A stretch of DNA of 64,000 nt from an uncultured Candidatus Saccharibacteria bacterium. GTDB lineage: Bacteria > Patescibacteriota > Minisyncoccia > Phycocordibacterales > UBA9973. The DNA lies in assembly GCA_964573395.1 (NCBI GenBank), contig CAZNJI010000004.1, positions 27,379-91,378 on the forward strand, written 5' to 3'. The translations under genes and the position numbers were made by a program. Every line of letters starts with the position of its first letter. Position 1 is the stretch's first letter. Under the pieces are notes generated by a model. It searched no databases. It was not told where the DNA came from and was given only the letters and a program-made list of their open reading frames with translations. This document shows positions 18,311-27,412 of this stretch, piece after piece.

Positions 18311-19588
18311 ATGCAGGCATTTTTTTCAAAAGCAAAAATCCTCTTCACCGACAGCCAGCTTCGAAACCGACTCCTTTTCATGCTCGGCGCGCTCTTTGTG
18401 TTCCGGCTTCTTGCCGCGGTTCCGATTCCGGGCGTTGATACCATTCGGTTGAACCAGTTCCTGTTCGATAACCAAGCGTTCGGCCTTTTCAATATTTTTT
18501 CCGGCGGCGGACTTTCTAATCTTTCAATCGTCATGCTCGGCGTCGGGCCGTACATTACTGCTTCGATCATCATGCAGCTCCTTACCATGATGGTTCCGCG
18601 CATGAAGGAAATGTATCAAGAGAATGGCGAGATGGGGCGAAAAAAGTTCAGCCACATTACCCGCATGATTACGGTGCCGATCGCAATCCTTCAAGGGTTC
18701 TCGTTCCTCCTCTTGTTCAAGCGCCAAGGGATCCTTCCGCTCTTAACTCCGTTTGACATGGGAATCAACATCGCAATTATCGTTGCCGGATCGATGCTGC
18801 TGATGTGGATCGGCGAATTGGTAACCGAATTCGGTATCGGAAACGGGGTTTCGCTCATCATTTTTGCCGGCATCGTGGCTGCCATTCCAACCAGCGTTTC
18901 GCAATTCCTCTTTACCTATACTGCGGCACAGCTACCAACTACCATCCTTTTTGCTGCAGTGGGAATTCTGGTCGTTGCCGGAGTCGTACTGATCGGCGAA
19001 GCTGAGCGCCCGGTGCCCGTAACCTATGCGCGCCAAGCGCACGGCGGCGGACAGCCGGCATCGGGGAAGAGCGCAAGCTACCTGCCGCTTCGCCTGAACC
19101 AGGCAGGGGTCATTCCGATTATTTTTGCGCTCTCAATTCTCTTGTTTCCGCAGATGCTCGCTAACTTCTTCCAATCTTCCGCGAATCCAACCTTGCAAGC
19201 CATTGCGCTCAACATTACCTCATTCCTCCAGAATACCTGGGCCTATGCCGCAGTATACTTTGTGCTCGTAATCGCCTTTACCTATTTTTATACGGCCGTA
19301 ACGTTCGACCCGAAGCAGATTGCAACAAACCTCCAGCGCGGCGGCGCGTTCATTCCCGGCATCCGTCCGGGTGAATCAACCATGCAGTTCTTGGGAAGCG
19401 TGGTAACCCGCATTACGCTCGTGGGCTCCATTTTCCTCGGTTTAGTGGCTGTCCTTCCGCTCATTGTGCAGGCGGCAACCGGCATCACCGCGTTAACGCT
19501 TGGCGGCACAGCACTCCTCATCGTCGTCTCTGTCATTTTGGATATTGCCAAAAAGCTTGATGCGCAGATCTCGATGCACGAGTACTAG
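18311..19588 (+). CDS. secY: Preprotein translocase subunit SecY
   Basis: 10 TM helices; LGVGPYITASIIMQLL and GIGNGVSLIIFAGI motifs. Confidence 0.95.
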   Translation: MQAFFSKAKILFTDSQLRNRLLFMLGALFVFRLLAAVPIPGVDTIRLNQFLFDNQAFGLFNIFSGGGLSNLSIVMLGVGPYITASIIMQLLTMMVPRMKEMYQENGEMGRKKFSHITRMITVPIAILQGFSFLLLFKRQGILPLLTPFDMGINIAIIVAGSMLLMWIGELVTEFGIGNGVSLIIFAGIVAAIPTSVSQFLFTYTAAQLPTTILFAAVGILVVAGVVLIGEAERPVPVTYARQAHGGGQPASGKSASYLPLRLNQAGVIPIIFALSILLFPQMLANFFQSSANPTLQAIALNITSFLQNTWAYAAVYFVLVIAFTYFYTAVTFDPKQIATNLQRGGAFIPGIRPGESTMQFLGSVVTRITLVGSIFLGLVAVLPLIVQAATGITALTLGGTALLIVVSVILDIAKKLDAQISMHEY

Positions 19589-19633
19589 TTTGGTCTGCAT
19601 ACCTGCTTATTATTTGGGCTATTTTCATTTATA

Positions 19634-20242
19634 ATGAACCATATGCTACAAGAACCGCTCGTCTGCATCTTTATCGGACAATCAGGCTGCGGCAAGGGAA
19701 CTCAGGCAGACCTGCTTGAAAAACGGCTTCGTGAATTAAATCCGGAACGGTCAATGTTCCGAGTGGAAACGGGGGACACTTTTCGGGAGTTCATTACCGG
19801 TTCTTCGTATACGGCGCGCCTTACTAAGGCAATCATGGACGAGGGGAAGCTTGCGCCTCCGTTTTTGGCAATCCACGTGTGGTCGCACATTTTAATCGAG
19901 TCGTACAAGGGAAACGAGCATGTCATTTTCGACGGAACGCCGCGCGTGTTTGCCGAAGTCTCTGCACTTGATTCAGCGGTGAGTTTTTACAAGTGGCATC
20001 CGCATGTCGTGTTCTTAAACGTTTCAGACGGCTGGGCGCGGAAGCGGCTGGGCGAACGGAAGCGGGAAGACGATCTGGAAGCATCAGACGTTGAAGAGCG
20101 GCTCCATTGGTACCACACGACAGTCGTTCCGGTTGTGGAGTATCTCCAGCACACGCCGCCCTATCTGTTCCATGAAATCAACGGCGAACAGACCATTGAA
20201 GATGTTCATCGAGACGTGGTAAAGGCAATTGGCCTTCAGTAA
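19634..20242 (+). CDS. adk: Adenylate kinase-like nucleotide kinase
   Basis: P-loop IGQSGCGKGTQA; operon position between secY and map. Confidence 0.7.
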   Translation: MNHMLQEPLVCIFIGQSGCGKGTQADLLEKRLRELNPERSMFRVETGDTFREFITGSSYTARLTKAIMDEGKLAPPFLAIHVWSHILIESYKGNEHVIFDGTPRVFAEVSALDSAVSFYKWHPHVVFLNVSDGWARKRLGERKREDDLEASDVEERLHWYHTTVVPVVEYLQHTPPYLFHEINGEQTIEDVHRDVVKAIGLQ

Positions 20243-20247
20243 TTTCT

Positions 20248-21009
20248 ATGATTATCATCAAAACCAAAGAAGAAATAGAGAAGCTCAGACGGGGCGGGCC
20301 GATTCTCGCCCGCATTTTAAAGCGCGTCGGAAAAGCAGTGAAACCAGGGGTTACCACGCTTGAGCTCGATGCGCTTGCCGAAAACCTGATCCGCGAGGCG
20401 GGCGGAGAGCCGTCGTTTTTGCACTACAAGCCCTACGGCGCGCATTTTCCCTACCCGGCAAGCCTCTGCGTTTCCATTAATAGCGAAGTGGTCCATGGTA
20501 TTCCTGGCACACGAAAAATAAAAGCCGGCGACATTGTTTCGCTTGATTTAGGGCTCAAATACGAAGGAGTATTCCTTGACCATGCTATTACCGTTACGGT
20601 CGGCGCCGTTCCGGCGAAAGATAAAGAATTGGTTGCAGTATGCCAAGAAGCGCTCGATGCTGGAATCGCGCAGGCAGTTCCGGGGAACACCACTGGCGAC
20701 ATTGGACACGCAATTGAATCGGTGATTAAACCGCACAAATTCGGCATCCTTCGAACCTTTACGGGGCACGGCGTCGGACGTGCGATCCATGAAGATCCCT
20801 ACGTTCCCAATTACGGGAAGCCAGGAAAGGGCGACAAGCTGAAGGCCGGCATGGTCATTGCAATAGAGCCCATGATTACCCGCGGTAAAGAATCGGTGTT
20901 CGTGGCACGCGACGGCTATACGGTAAAAACGACCGACAATTCCCGTGCGGCGCATTTCGAGCATACGGTACTGATTACTGAGAAAGGGCCGGAAATACTA
21001 ACCAAATAA
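20248..21009 (+). CDS. map: Methionine aminopeptidase type I
   Basis: Pita-bread fold motifs (VHGIPG, DIVSLDLG, FTGHGVGR, HFEHTVLIT). Confidence 0.95.
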   Translation: MIIIKTKEEIEKLRRGGPILARILKRVGKAVKPGVTTLELDALAENLIREAGGEPSFLHYKPYGAHFPYPASLCVSINSEVVHGIPGTRKIKAGDIVSLDLGLKYEGVFLDHAITVTVGAVPAKDKELVAVCQEALDAGIAQAVPGNTTGDIGHAIESVIKPHKFGILRTFTGHGVGRAIHEDPYVPNYGKPGKGDKLKAGMVIAIEPMITRGKESVFVARDGYTVKTTDNSRAAHFEHTVLITEKGPEILTK

Positions 21010-21040
21010 AAAACCATCCCTATAGGGATGGTTTTTTATT
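21009..21040. terminator. Bidirectional terminator (AAAAACCATCCCTATAGGGATGGTTTTTTATTTT) between convergent map and rplT
   Basis: Palindromic hairpin flanked by A-run and T-run. Confidence 0.75.
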
Positions 21041-21048
21041 TTACAAAA

Positions 21049-21396
21049 TTATTTCGTCGCTTTTTCGTAAATTCGCTTGAAGGATTCAGGGTTGTTCTGT
21101 GCAAGAGTAGCAAGCACTTTTCGGTCTACTTCAATCTTTGCTTTCTTCAGCGATCCGGCGAATTTGCTGTACGATCCGCCGAGTTCTCGAACGGCAGCGT
21201 TAATCTGTACTTGCCAGAGCGCTCGCGCGTCGGCTTTCTTGTCGCGTCGGTGCGCGAACGAATATGATCCGGCGTGTACAATCGCTTCATGTGCCTGGCG
21301 CTGCTTAGTGCTTCGTCCGAAGCGGTATCCTTTCGTTTGGCTTAATACGTTCTTTCGGCGCTTATTGGCAATAGTTCCTCGTTTTACTCGTGTCAT
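21049..21396 (-). CDS. rplT: 50S ribosomal protein L20
   Basis: MTRVKRGTIANKRRKNVL...GYRFGRS is the L20 signature. Confidence 0.95.
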   Translation of the reverse strand: MTRVKRGTIANKRRKNVLSQTKGYRFGRSTKQRQAHEAIVHAGSYSFAHRRDKKADARALWQVQINAAVRELGGSYSKFAGSLKKAKIEVDRKVLATLAQNNPESFKRIYEKATK

Positions 21397-21420
21397 GGTA
21401 GATAATTAAATTTATTTAAA

Positions 21421-21606
21421 TTAGCTGTGTGGGATGAATCGGGAAGCATTCTTATTCGTCATCGTAAAAGCCACCCCTTTTTTGCCGGCAAGCTGCTTGG
21501 TGCGAGACTGCTTCGCGTTGAAGTGGTTGAATCCTGGTTTTCGGCCGATAACTTTTCCGGTCTTGGTCAGTTTCAGGCGTTTCGTGTATGACTTATTTGT
21601 TTTCAT
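21421..21606 (-). CDS. rpmI: 50S ribosomal protein L35
   Basis: MKTNKSYTKRLKLTKTGKVIGRKPG... Confidence 0.9.
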   Translation of the reverse strand: MKTNKSYTKRLKLTKTGKVIGRKPGFNHFNAKQSRTKQLAGKKGVAFTMTNKNASRFIPHS

Positions 21607-22123
21607 GGTTTTTTGCTGACTTATCTCGCTCGATGACGATAGAGAGCCCTTTCGGGCCTCGTTTATGTGGCTCCGAAATCTTATAGTGTTCGGTTATAAA
21701 ATGCAAGACTCGATCGAGGCGCTCTTTTAAGAACGCGTCGCCCATGCCTTTTGCCCGGCCGGCCAAATACAGTTCCACCTTAATGCGATGTCCTTCCTTG
21801 AGCCATTTTGAGGCGGTTTTTGCCTTGAGCTCTAAGTCGTGGTCGCCGGTTTGAATCTTGATTTGGATTGCTTTCGTCTCTGTTGGTTTTGCCCCCTGCT
21901 TTGCTTTTTTCGCTTTCTTCGCCTGTTCATACTGGAATTTTCCAAAATCCATCAGTCGGGCAATCGGCGGCACTGCGTTTGGGCCAATTTCAATCAGGTC
22001 GACTCCTTGCTCTTCTGCCATTCGAAGCGCTTCAGCAATAGAAAACACACCTAAGTTCTTTCCTTCGTGATCGGTGACCCGAAGTTCCTGAGCGCGTATT
22101 TGCTTGTTGATTCGTTCCTTCAA
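21593..22123 (-). CDS. infC: Translation initiation factor IF-3
   Basis: INKQIRAQELRVTDHEGKNLGV plus IF3 C-terminal domain motifs; standard infC-rpmI-rplT order. Confidence 0.93.
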   Translation of the reverse strand: MKERINKQIRAQELRVTDHEGKNLGVFSIAEALRMAEEQGVDLIEIGPNAVPPIARLMDFGKFQYEQAKKAKKAKQGAKPTETKAIQIKIQTGDHDLELKAKTASKWLKEGHRIKVELYLAGRAKGMGDAFLKERLDRVLHFITEHYKISEPHKRGPKGLSIVIERDKSAKNHENK

Positions 22124-22148
22124 AATCGGTAGAGTGAGTACGATCTAA

Positions 22149-22934
22149 ATGAGCCATTATTCTAGCCTAAAACAAGAGCCTGGTCAAGGTATGCCTGGCG
22201 TTTTTCCGTTCTGGAAAAAAGCCGGCGAAACGCTTGCGGCCGCTTCCGTCCGGTTTCGGAACGAGCGGGGCATGGGGAGCGATGAAAAAATAACTTATGC
22301 GGGCAGGCTTGATCCGGCAGCAGAGGGGCTTGTGCTGTTTTTGGCGGGTGAAGCTCGCTACCAAAAAAACGAGTATCTGGGGCTTGATAAAACATATCGA
22401 CTGACGGTGCTCTTCGGCATACAGACCGACACGGGAGATTTGCTGGGCATTCCGGTGAGCGTATTGCCGAGTGAGTGCGTTCCCGCAGTGAGCGATTTCC
22501 CGAAAATATTTTCAGGTGAACAAACGCTGCCGTACCCGCTTTATTCGTCTCGTCCGGTAAAAGGAAAGCCGCTGTTCATGTATGCGCGAAGCAATGAACC
22601 GGTAGAGATACCCGAAAAAACAATAACGATACGAAAGATTGCGCTCTTGAGCGAAGAAACTCTTGATGCGAATGCGCTTCTCAACCGAGTTCGGTTCTTC
22701 ACGGAAACGGTTGTGGGCGATTTTCGCCAGGCGGCAATTAAAGAAAGTTGGGAAGAGAAACTAAAAAATGGTGGCGCGCAATTCAAACTTGCAACTTTCC
22801 GCATCACCTCTTCTTCAGGAGCGTACATGCGGAGCGTGGCAGAGAAAATGGGGGAGCAGATGCAAATTCCGGCCTGCGCCTATGCAATCATTCGGGAGAA
22901 AATAGGAGATTTTGAGGTGAGTGAATTTAATTAA
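22149..22934 (+). CDS. truB: tRNA pseudouridine(55) synthase TruB-like; the true start may be ATG 22191
   Basis: GRLDPAAEGLVLFLAGEARYQKNEYLGLDKTYRLTVLFGIQTDTGDLLG matches the TruB catalytic-Asp and KxY...G..TDT.D motifs. Confidence 0.7.
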   Translation: MSHYSSLKQEPGQGMPGVFPFWKKAGETLAAASVRFRNERGMGSDEKITYAGRLDPAAEGLVLFLAGEARYQKNEYLGLDKTYRLTVLFGIQTDTGDLLGIPVSVLPSECVPAVSDFPKIFSGEQTLPYPLYSSRPVKGKPLFMYARSNEPVEIPEKTITIRKIALLSEETLDANALLNRVRFFTETVVGDFRQAAIKESWEEKLKNGGAQFKLATFRITSSSGAYMRSVAEKMGEQMQIPACAYAIIREKIGDFEVSEFN

Positions 22935-23264
22935 AGTTTTTTAAAAGCGTGCAATTAAGCGCTCGCTTGAAATGCCGTTTCGGGAACACGCATAAAATTC
23001 TCGTGAATTTTTGATCCGCTCGCCTTACGCCGACTGCGCGAGTTTCCCAAAACGGTATTTCTGCACTCGCTTCCGAGTTCTTGCCTTGAGGAATTTTGAT
23101 CATACGAACCGGTGAATCGAAGCATTCCGAAGGAAAAAATAATCTGTCTGAGGCTTTGCGAGTTTTTATTTTTAGCGAAGGTGAGCCTCGTGAGTATTCA
23201 AAATTTCGAGGACAAGCCGGCTTTTTGCTTACTTTTTTCCGGCGAAAAAGTAAGGTATATATTA

Positions 23265-23293
23265 TTGACTAAATAGGCAAACTATGCTATAAT
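23265..23293 (+). promoter_or_regulatory. Consensus sigma70 promoter TTGACT, 17 bp, TATAAT
   Basis: TTGACT at 23265-23270 and TATAAT at 23288-23293, upstream of the ORF starting at 23328. Confidence 0.6.
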
Positions 23294-23327
23294 AGCAAAA
23301 ATTTCAAAACGTTAAATATAGAAATAA

Positions 23328-23951
23328 ATGAGAAAAATATGCATGCTGATGTTCGCGAGTATTATGCTTGCCGAATCAGCCGCTCAGTCTTCTTTCTTCA
23401 TTGAAGGCCAAGCAGTATACCCGACCTTCGGAGCAAAAGTGGACGGCCCCGACTACTATTTCATAAATCCTTTCTTTTCTGCAACGAACAAGAAAGGGAA
23501 CGGGTTTTTCATCGAAGGATCGTTTGAGCCGGAAGTGTTCTCTATTTCTCCAGGGTTGCTGATCTCACGCACCGGAAAGGGAAAAGCCAAAGTCTACAAA
23601 GAGTTCGGCGTCGGGATGGGGTTTGAGTTTCCGCGATTGAAAGGCGGGCAGAAGGAGTTGTTCTTAAACGACTACTTCTACCTTGAATCCCATTCGGAGG
23701 ACAGCGTTGACGTGAGGAAGAGAAATAAAATTATTCTGAATTTCAACCACGCCTACGCAGAATCATGGAAACACTGGTACATGCTCTCTGCTCTTTATTT
23801 TCCTTTGAAGTGGCTTGGTATTGGCGCTCATGCCCAAAGCTATGCCGCAACCGGCGCGCGCGTACAGCTTGCGCTTCCAAGCGGAATTAATATCTGGGCG
23901 GCAGGCTGGCCGAAGGAGAAAATGCAGTTTGCAGTGAATGTGTACTTTTGA
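23328..23951 (+). CDS. Hypothetical secreted protein (signal peptide MRKICMLMFASIMLAESAAQS)
   Basis: Signal peptide; aromatic-rich, beta-barrel-like composition; own promoter and terminator. Confidence 0.5.
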   Translation: MRKICMLMFASIMLAESAAQSSFFIEGQAVYPTFGAKVDGPDYYFINPFFSATNKKGNGFFIEGSFEPEVFSISPGLLISRTGKGKAKVYKEFGVGMGFEFPRLKGGQKELFLNDYFYLESHSEDSVDVRKRNKIILNFNHAYAESWKHWYMLSALYFPLKWLGIGAHAQSYAATGARVQLALPSGINIWAAGWPKEKMQFAVNVYF

Positions 23952-23961
23952 ATGAAGAGTC

Positions 23962-23999
23962 TTAAAAAAAGAAACCGCCCTCTTAGGGGCGGCTTTTTG
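23962..23999 (+). terminator. Rho-independent terminator (AAACCGCCCTCTTAGGGGCGGCTTTTTGTT)
   Basis: Hairpin plus T-run. Confidence 0.7.
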
Positions 24000-24031
24000 T
24001 TGGTTTGTAACTTTTTTTGAAGGACGATTCT

Positions 24032-24436
24032 TCATGCACTGACAGCGTTTTGCATTGCTTTTTTGATTTCTGAAACGGCTTCGTTCTTTAAAACGACGAT
24101 TCCGTCTTTGCTGTAATGAACAGCAGGATGCATGTCGGTTACCTTGGGTCGGCCGACTGAGTCTTCTCCGAATACGTCGGGGTTAATGGTTTTCATTTGG
24201 TTTAAATCAACCAAATACCTGGTGTTTCCCGGCATTTTCAGTTGGCATGCCGCTAAATTTTTCGATCGCATTTCCTGTCCAACTTCGGCAACTGCCATAT
24301 TTAAGGCAGGCTTGGAGGTAGAAACGGTTTCTGTGAACTGGCAGTTCAGAAATGGGTTTGCAGAGGCTTTAACGCTTGTCATGGGATGATTTGTTTTAAA
24401 GTGCATAAAATAAAAAGTGTTTTCAACACTATACAC
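24032..24436 (-). CDS. Hypothetical protein (134 aa or shorter; start uncertain)
   Basis: Only an ORF; no motif recognised. Confidence 0.35.
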   Translation of the reverse strand: MYSVENTFYFMHFKTNHPMTSVKASANPFLNCQFTETVSTSKPALNMAVAEVGQEMRSKNLAACQLKMPGNTRYLVDLNQMKTINPDVFGEDSVGRPKVTDMHPAVHYSKDGIVVLKNEAVSEIKKAMQNAVSA

Positions 24437-24506
24437 TCTTTTCCATAAAAATCAACTATTATTTGACAGTACCTTTTGAAAAGCGTACAGTCTAAAAAAA
24501 CAAATT

Positions 24507-24815
24507 ATGCACCTCCTAAACGCTTTTTCCCCGATTGAACACCCCATTGTACGGGGCATTCTCGCCCTCAGTGGGCTTATCATCCTCTACTTTATTTGCC
24601 GGGCTATCATTGGGCCGGAATTATACGTCGAAGTGGAAATCACTTTCGACAAAGAACAGAAGCTCGTACGGCGGTACAAAAAGGATGGCAAGTATTTCAT
24701 CGTTGAGCCTGCCGGAAACGGAGATGAGGAAAAGCTTATTGAACCGAACGAAAGCGAGGCGAAGATTATTGCAGAAGAATTTATCATCAAGCTTCAGTCT
24801 TTAAAAGTTGCCTAA
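24507..24815 (+). CDS. Hypothetical small membrane-anchored protein (102 aa)
   Basis: N-terminal TM helix followed by a charged region; terminator downstream. Confidence 0.4.
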   Translation: MHLLNAFSPIEHPIVRGILALSGLIILYFICRAIIGPELYVEVEITFDKEQKLVRRYKKDGKYFIVEPAGNGDEEKLIEPNESEAKIIAEEFIIKLQSLKVA

Positions 24816-24827
24816 TGGTACAGTAGT

Positions 24828-24862
24828 GAACCCGCGCAGTCTTAGTTGCGCGGGTTTTTGAC
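24828..24862 (+). terminator. Rho-independent terminator (GAACCCGCGCAGTCTTAGTTGCGCGGGTTTTTG)
   Basis: Hairpin plus T-run. Confidence 0.7.
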
Positions 24863-25065
24863 TCTGCGGCAGATATAGGTAAAAGAGGGAAAAGGCCACG
24901 AAAAATGAAAAAATAAAGTCTTGCTTGCCCGCTACTTTTTCAGTGTACTGCGCATAAACGGGGTTATCCACCTGGCTTCCGCCCACGCTTCTTGCTACAG
25001 TTGGTTTAGTAGTTTCGAAATATTGAAATTACTGCTTTTTTGCAATCACGAAAACGTTCTTTTAT

Positions 25066-25692
25066 ATGACACACATAACGAATTCAATGGAATGGGTTGA
25101 ATATGACCGCGGGCACAGCGTGGAATTGGTGCGGCGGCGGGAAAAGGATTGCTGGGAATGGCTCTTTCGGGGCAAAACCCTTGATTTCATCGTAAGAAAA
25201 CTCAGTAATCTACTTCCGCTTAACCAGAAAGCAGTGCTTCTTCCGTCGAAGGCAGACTGCGTTCTATTTGCCAACCCGCACCGCCCCGAAGAAATGGCTC
25301 TTGCTCTGCAGCAGCTATTTGAGCGCGAGCGTGCTCTGTGGGATGTGGTGCTCACGGCGCATGCATGGCGCGCGCCGCTCGAGCTTCCCGTACGCACCGA
25401 CCAAACAAAACGGATTATGCTCACGAAAAAAGACGAGGCGTGTTTCGACGTTTTGTTTCAGAAGAAGAATCTGGATTTCATTGCTGCCAAGCTGAATGCC
25501 GTCTGGCTTCCGGATGACGTGCGGATATTTTTTCCGGCGGCATGGAAAGAGGCGATTGTCGTGCACCGAAAAGATCTTGCCGGCGCGATATCTCAGGCAA
25601 AAGATCTGTTGTCCCGCATTGGCTCGCGGTACGACATTGGCCTTGCATGCAAGGAAGAGACGGCGCGGTTTCCATTCATGAAAGCGGTATGA
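25066..25692 (+). CDS. Hypothetical protein with an internal tandem duplication (208 aa)
   Basis: Two homologous ~60-aa segments: WEWLFRGKTLDFIVRKLSNLLP... and FDVLFQKKNLDFIAAKLNAVWLP... Locally GC-rich. Confidence 0.45.
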   Translation: MTHITNSMEWVEYDRGHSVELVRRREKDCWEWLFRGKTLDFIVRKLSNLLPLNQKAVLLPSKADCVLFANPHRPEEMALALQQLFERERALWDVVLTAHAWRAPLELPVRTDQTKRIMLTKKDEACFDVLFQKKNLDFIAAKLNAVWLPDDVRIFFPAAWKEAIVVHRKDLAGAISQAKDLLSRIGSRYDIGLACKEETARFPFMKAV

Positions 25693-25734
25693 ACCCATTC
25701 AATAACGGCTCCAGTTGACTGGAGCCGTTTCTAT

Positions 25735-26058
25735 TTGCATACTTTAGAAACTATGAAAATAAAAAAACCGCTTCCTCGTGCCGCTTATGAGCGCAACGCG
25801 GAAACCTATAAGATTCTCGCCAACCCGAAACGGCTTGAAATACTGAATCTGCTTCGAGAACAGGAAATGTCCGTTGAAGATCTGGTGAAAACGCTCGGCG
25901 TTCCGAAAGCGAACGTTTCCCAGCATCTTGCACTCCTTCGTTATGCAAAGCTAGTAACTGTGCGCCCGGATGGGTTGAACCGCCACTATGCAATCGTTGA
26001 CCCTCGGATCGTTGAGCCATGCCGTATTTTGCATCAGCTGTACTTGAAAAGGGGCTAA
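25735..26058 (+). CDS. ArsR/SmtB-family HTH transcriptional regulator
   Basis: ANPKRLEILNLLREQEMSVEDLVKTLGVPKANVSQHLALLRYAKLV is a winged helix-turn-helix of ArsR type. Confidence 0.75.
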   Translation: MHTLETMKIKKPLPRAAYERNAETYKILANPKRLEILNLLREQEMSVEDLVKTLGVPKANVSQHLALLRYAKLVTVRPDGLNRHYAIVDPRIVEPCRILHQLYLKRG

Positions 26059-26123
26059 CGGCAAAAACATCCTCATTTCAGCGTAATTAACGCGGGGGAG
26101 AGGGAAAATGGTATCATGGCGAC

Positions 26124-26969
26124 ATGCAAAAGCGTTTTATTCCAGCACTTTTTCTCGTGGTTTATGGCGCGCTCCTGATCAAGGTAATGGTATTCAAAGA
26201 CGTGCCGCTTATGAGGGTGGGCGGAATTATGCTTAATTTTGGAGGAACGGCCGAAGGCCAAGCCAACCTCGTGCCGTTCAAGACCATCGTGCCGTATTTC
26301 TTTGGCGAGCAGGGGTTGATTATCGCGGGCATTAATCTTGCCGGAAACATTGCTTTACTGGTGCCAATCGGATTTCTTATTCCATTCGTTTATCGGAACA
26401 TGCAATGGAAAAAATCTTTGGCTCTTGGTGTCGCCGCCGGCCTTACCATCGAAGGAGCGCAGGTTTTGTTTCGCGTGGGCATATTCGACATTGATGACGT
26501 GATACTGAACGCGCTGGGGGTCATGATCGGCCACTTCACATGTACGATTCTTGGAAAGTGGGTACGTGAAAAAAGATATATAAACATACTTATTGCAGTA
26601 ATTATTGTTATTGCCGCCACTGCGGGTGCGTTTTATGCACTTTATCCGAAAGATCAACCGGTGAACCCAAGAGGTGTTGTTGGCAACAGTCAGGCTGGTG
26701 CAATTCTCCAAAATGGCGATCTCTGCGGTGGCACGGGCGGCAACGGGGAAATTGCCAGCGTAGGAATAAGTAATTTTATCATCAAACGAAATGATAACGA
26801 CAGTGGTCAGATCATCCATCTTACAGGCCGGGCCAGAATCGAAACTTCAACAGGTTCGGCAACTCTATCCGATTTGAAAATAGGAGATCATGTAACGCTG
26901 GTTGGAGGACCAAACCCCGATGGTAGTTTTACCGCGGAGGCTGTTTTCCTCTGTAATCCAACATACTAA
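26124..26969 (+). CDS. VanZ-like membrane protein with a C-terminal soluble beta-rich domain
   Basis: VanZ-like TM core (NLVPFKT..., DIDDVILNALGVMIGH). C-terminal GDHVTLVGGPNPDGSFTAEAVFL looks like a DUF5666-type beta domain. Confidence 0.55.
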   Translation: MQKRFIPALFLVVYGALLIKVMVFKDVPLMRVGGIMLNFGGTAEGQANLVPFKTIVPYFFGEQGLIIAGINLAGNIALLVPIGFLIPFVYRNMQWKKSLALGVAAGLTIEGAQVLFRVGIFDIDDVILNALGVMIGHFTCTILGKWVREKRYINILIAVIIVIAATAGAFYALYPKDQPVNPRGVVGNSQAGAILQNGDLCGGTGGNGEIASVGISNFIIKRNDNDSGQIIHLTGRARIETSTGSATLSDLKIGDHVTLVGGPNPDGSFTAEAVFLCNPTY

Positions 26970-27006
26970 AAAACATGAGCGCCCGAGAGGGCGCTCATGT
27001 TTTAAC
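26970..27006 (+). terminator. Rho-independent terminator (AAAAACATGAGCGCCC-TCGAGA-GGGCGCTCATGTTTT)
   Basis: Long perfect stem plus T-run. Confidence 0.75.
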
Positions 27007-27099
27007 AGGTGTGTTTATTGTACCAAGTTAGAACCTATTTCCAAAATCGCTGACAATGTGCCACGCGCGAAGCGCGAGGTGACTCTAAACTAAATCATA

Positions 27100-27330
27100 C
27101 GCTCCACGAAAGCCCCGCCACCGCCTCGCTTCACTCGACAACCCCGAAAGAAAACACTCCTTGCTTTTTGTTTTTGCGCGGGGGTGAATTTTTTCTGAAA
27201 AAGGAAAGGGTGTTTTCTTTCGGGGTTCTGCCCTCAATGCTTCGGGCAGGTGGCGGGGCTTCAATGCGGACTCGGTTTTGCGAAAACTATTTTTCTGGGG
27301 ATTTGGATTTTCGCAAAACCGAGACTAATT
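27100..27330. repeat. Nest of perfect palindromes in a GC-rich non-coding stretch
   Basis: Three inverted-repeat pairs. 13 bp: AAGCCCCGCCACC 27111-27123 / GGTGGCGGGGCTT 27250-27262. 18 bp: AACCCCGAAAGAAAACAC 27140-27157 / GTGTTTTCTTTCGGGGTT 27210-27227. 16 bp: CTCGGTTTTGCGAAAA 27272-27287 / TTTTCGCAAAACCGAG 27308-27323. Confidence 0.85.
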
Positions 27331-27370
27331 TGTTTTTGGATTTTGTCCGCGCGGAGGAGGGGTCTGGGGA

Positions 27371-27412
27371 GGAATCCGCGCGGGCTTTCTGATTTTTTGG
27401 CGAGTTTGACAA
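27371..27412. repeat. Left copy of a perfect 42-bp inverted repeat (GGAATCCGCGCGGGCTTTCTGATTTTTTGGCGAGTTTGACAA) bounding the copper cassette
   Basis: Exact reverse complement of 31425-31466. Contains the 3' arm of a terminator-like hairpin (TCCGCGCGGA 27344-27353 / TCCGCGCGGG 27375-27384), a T-run, and a TTGACA -35 box. Confidence 0.9.

Noticed and set aside
22940-23260. Looked for SRP RNA, RNase P RNA or 6S RNA in the 390-bp gap
   Set aside because: No GGAAGCAGCC-type SRP motif or RNase P P4 consensus found. The region is reported only as an unexplained non-coding stretch.
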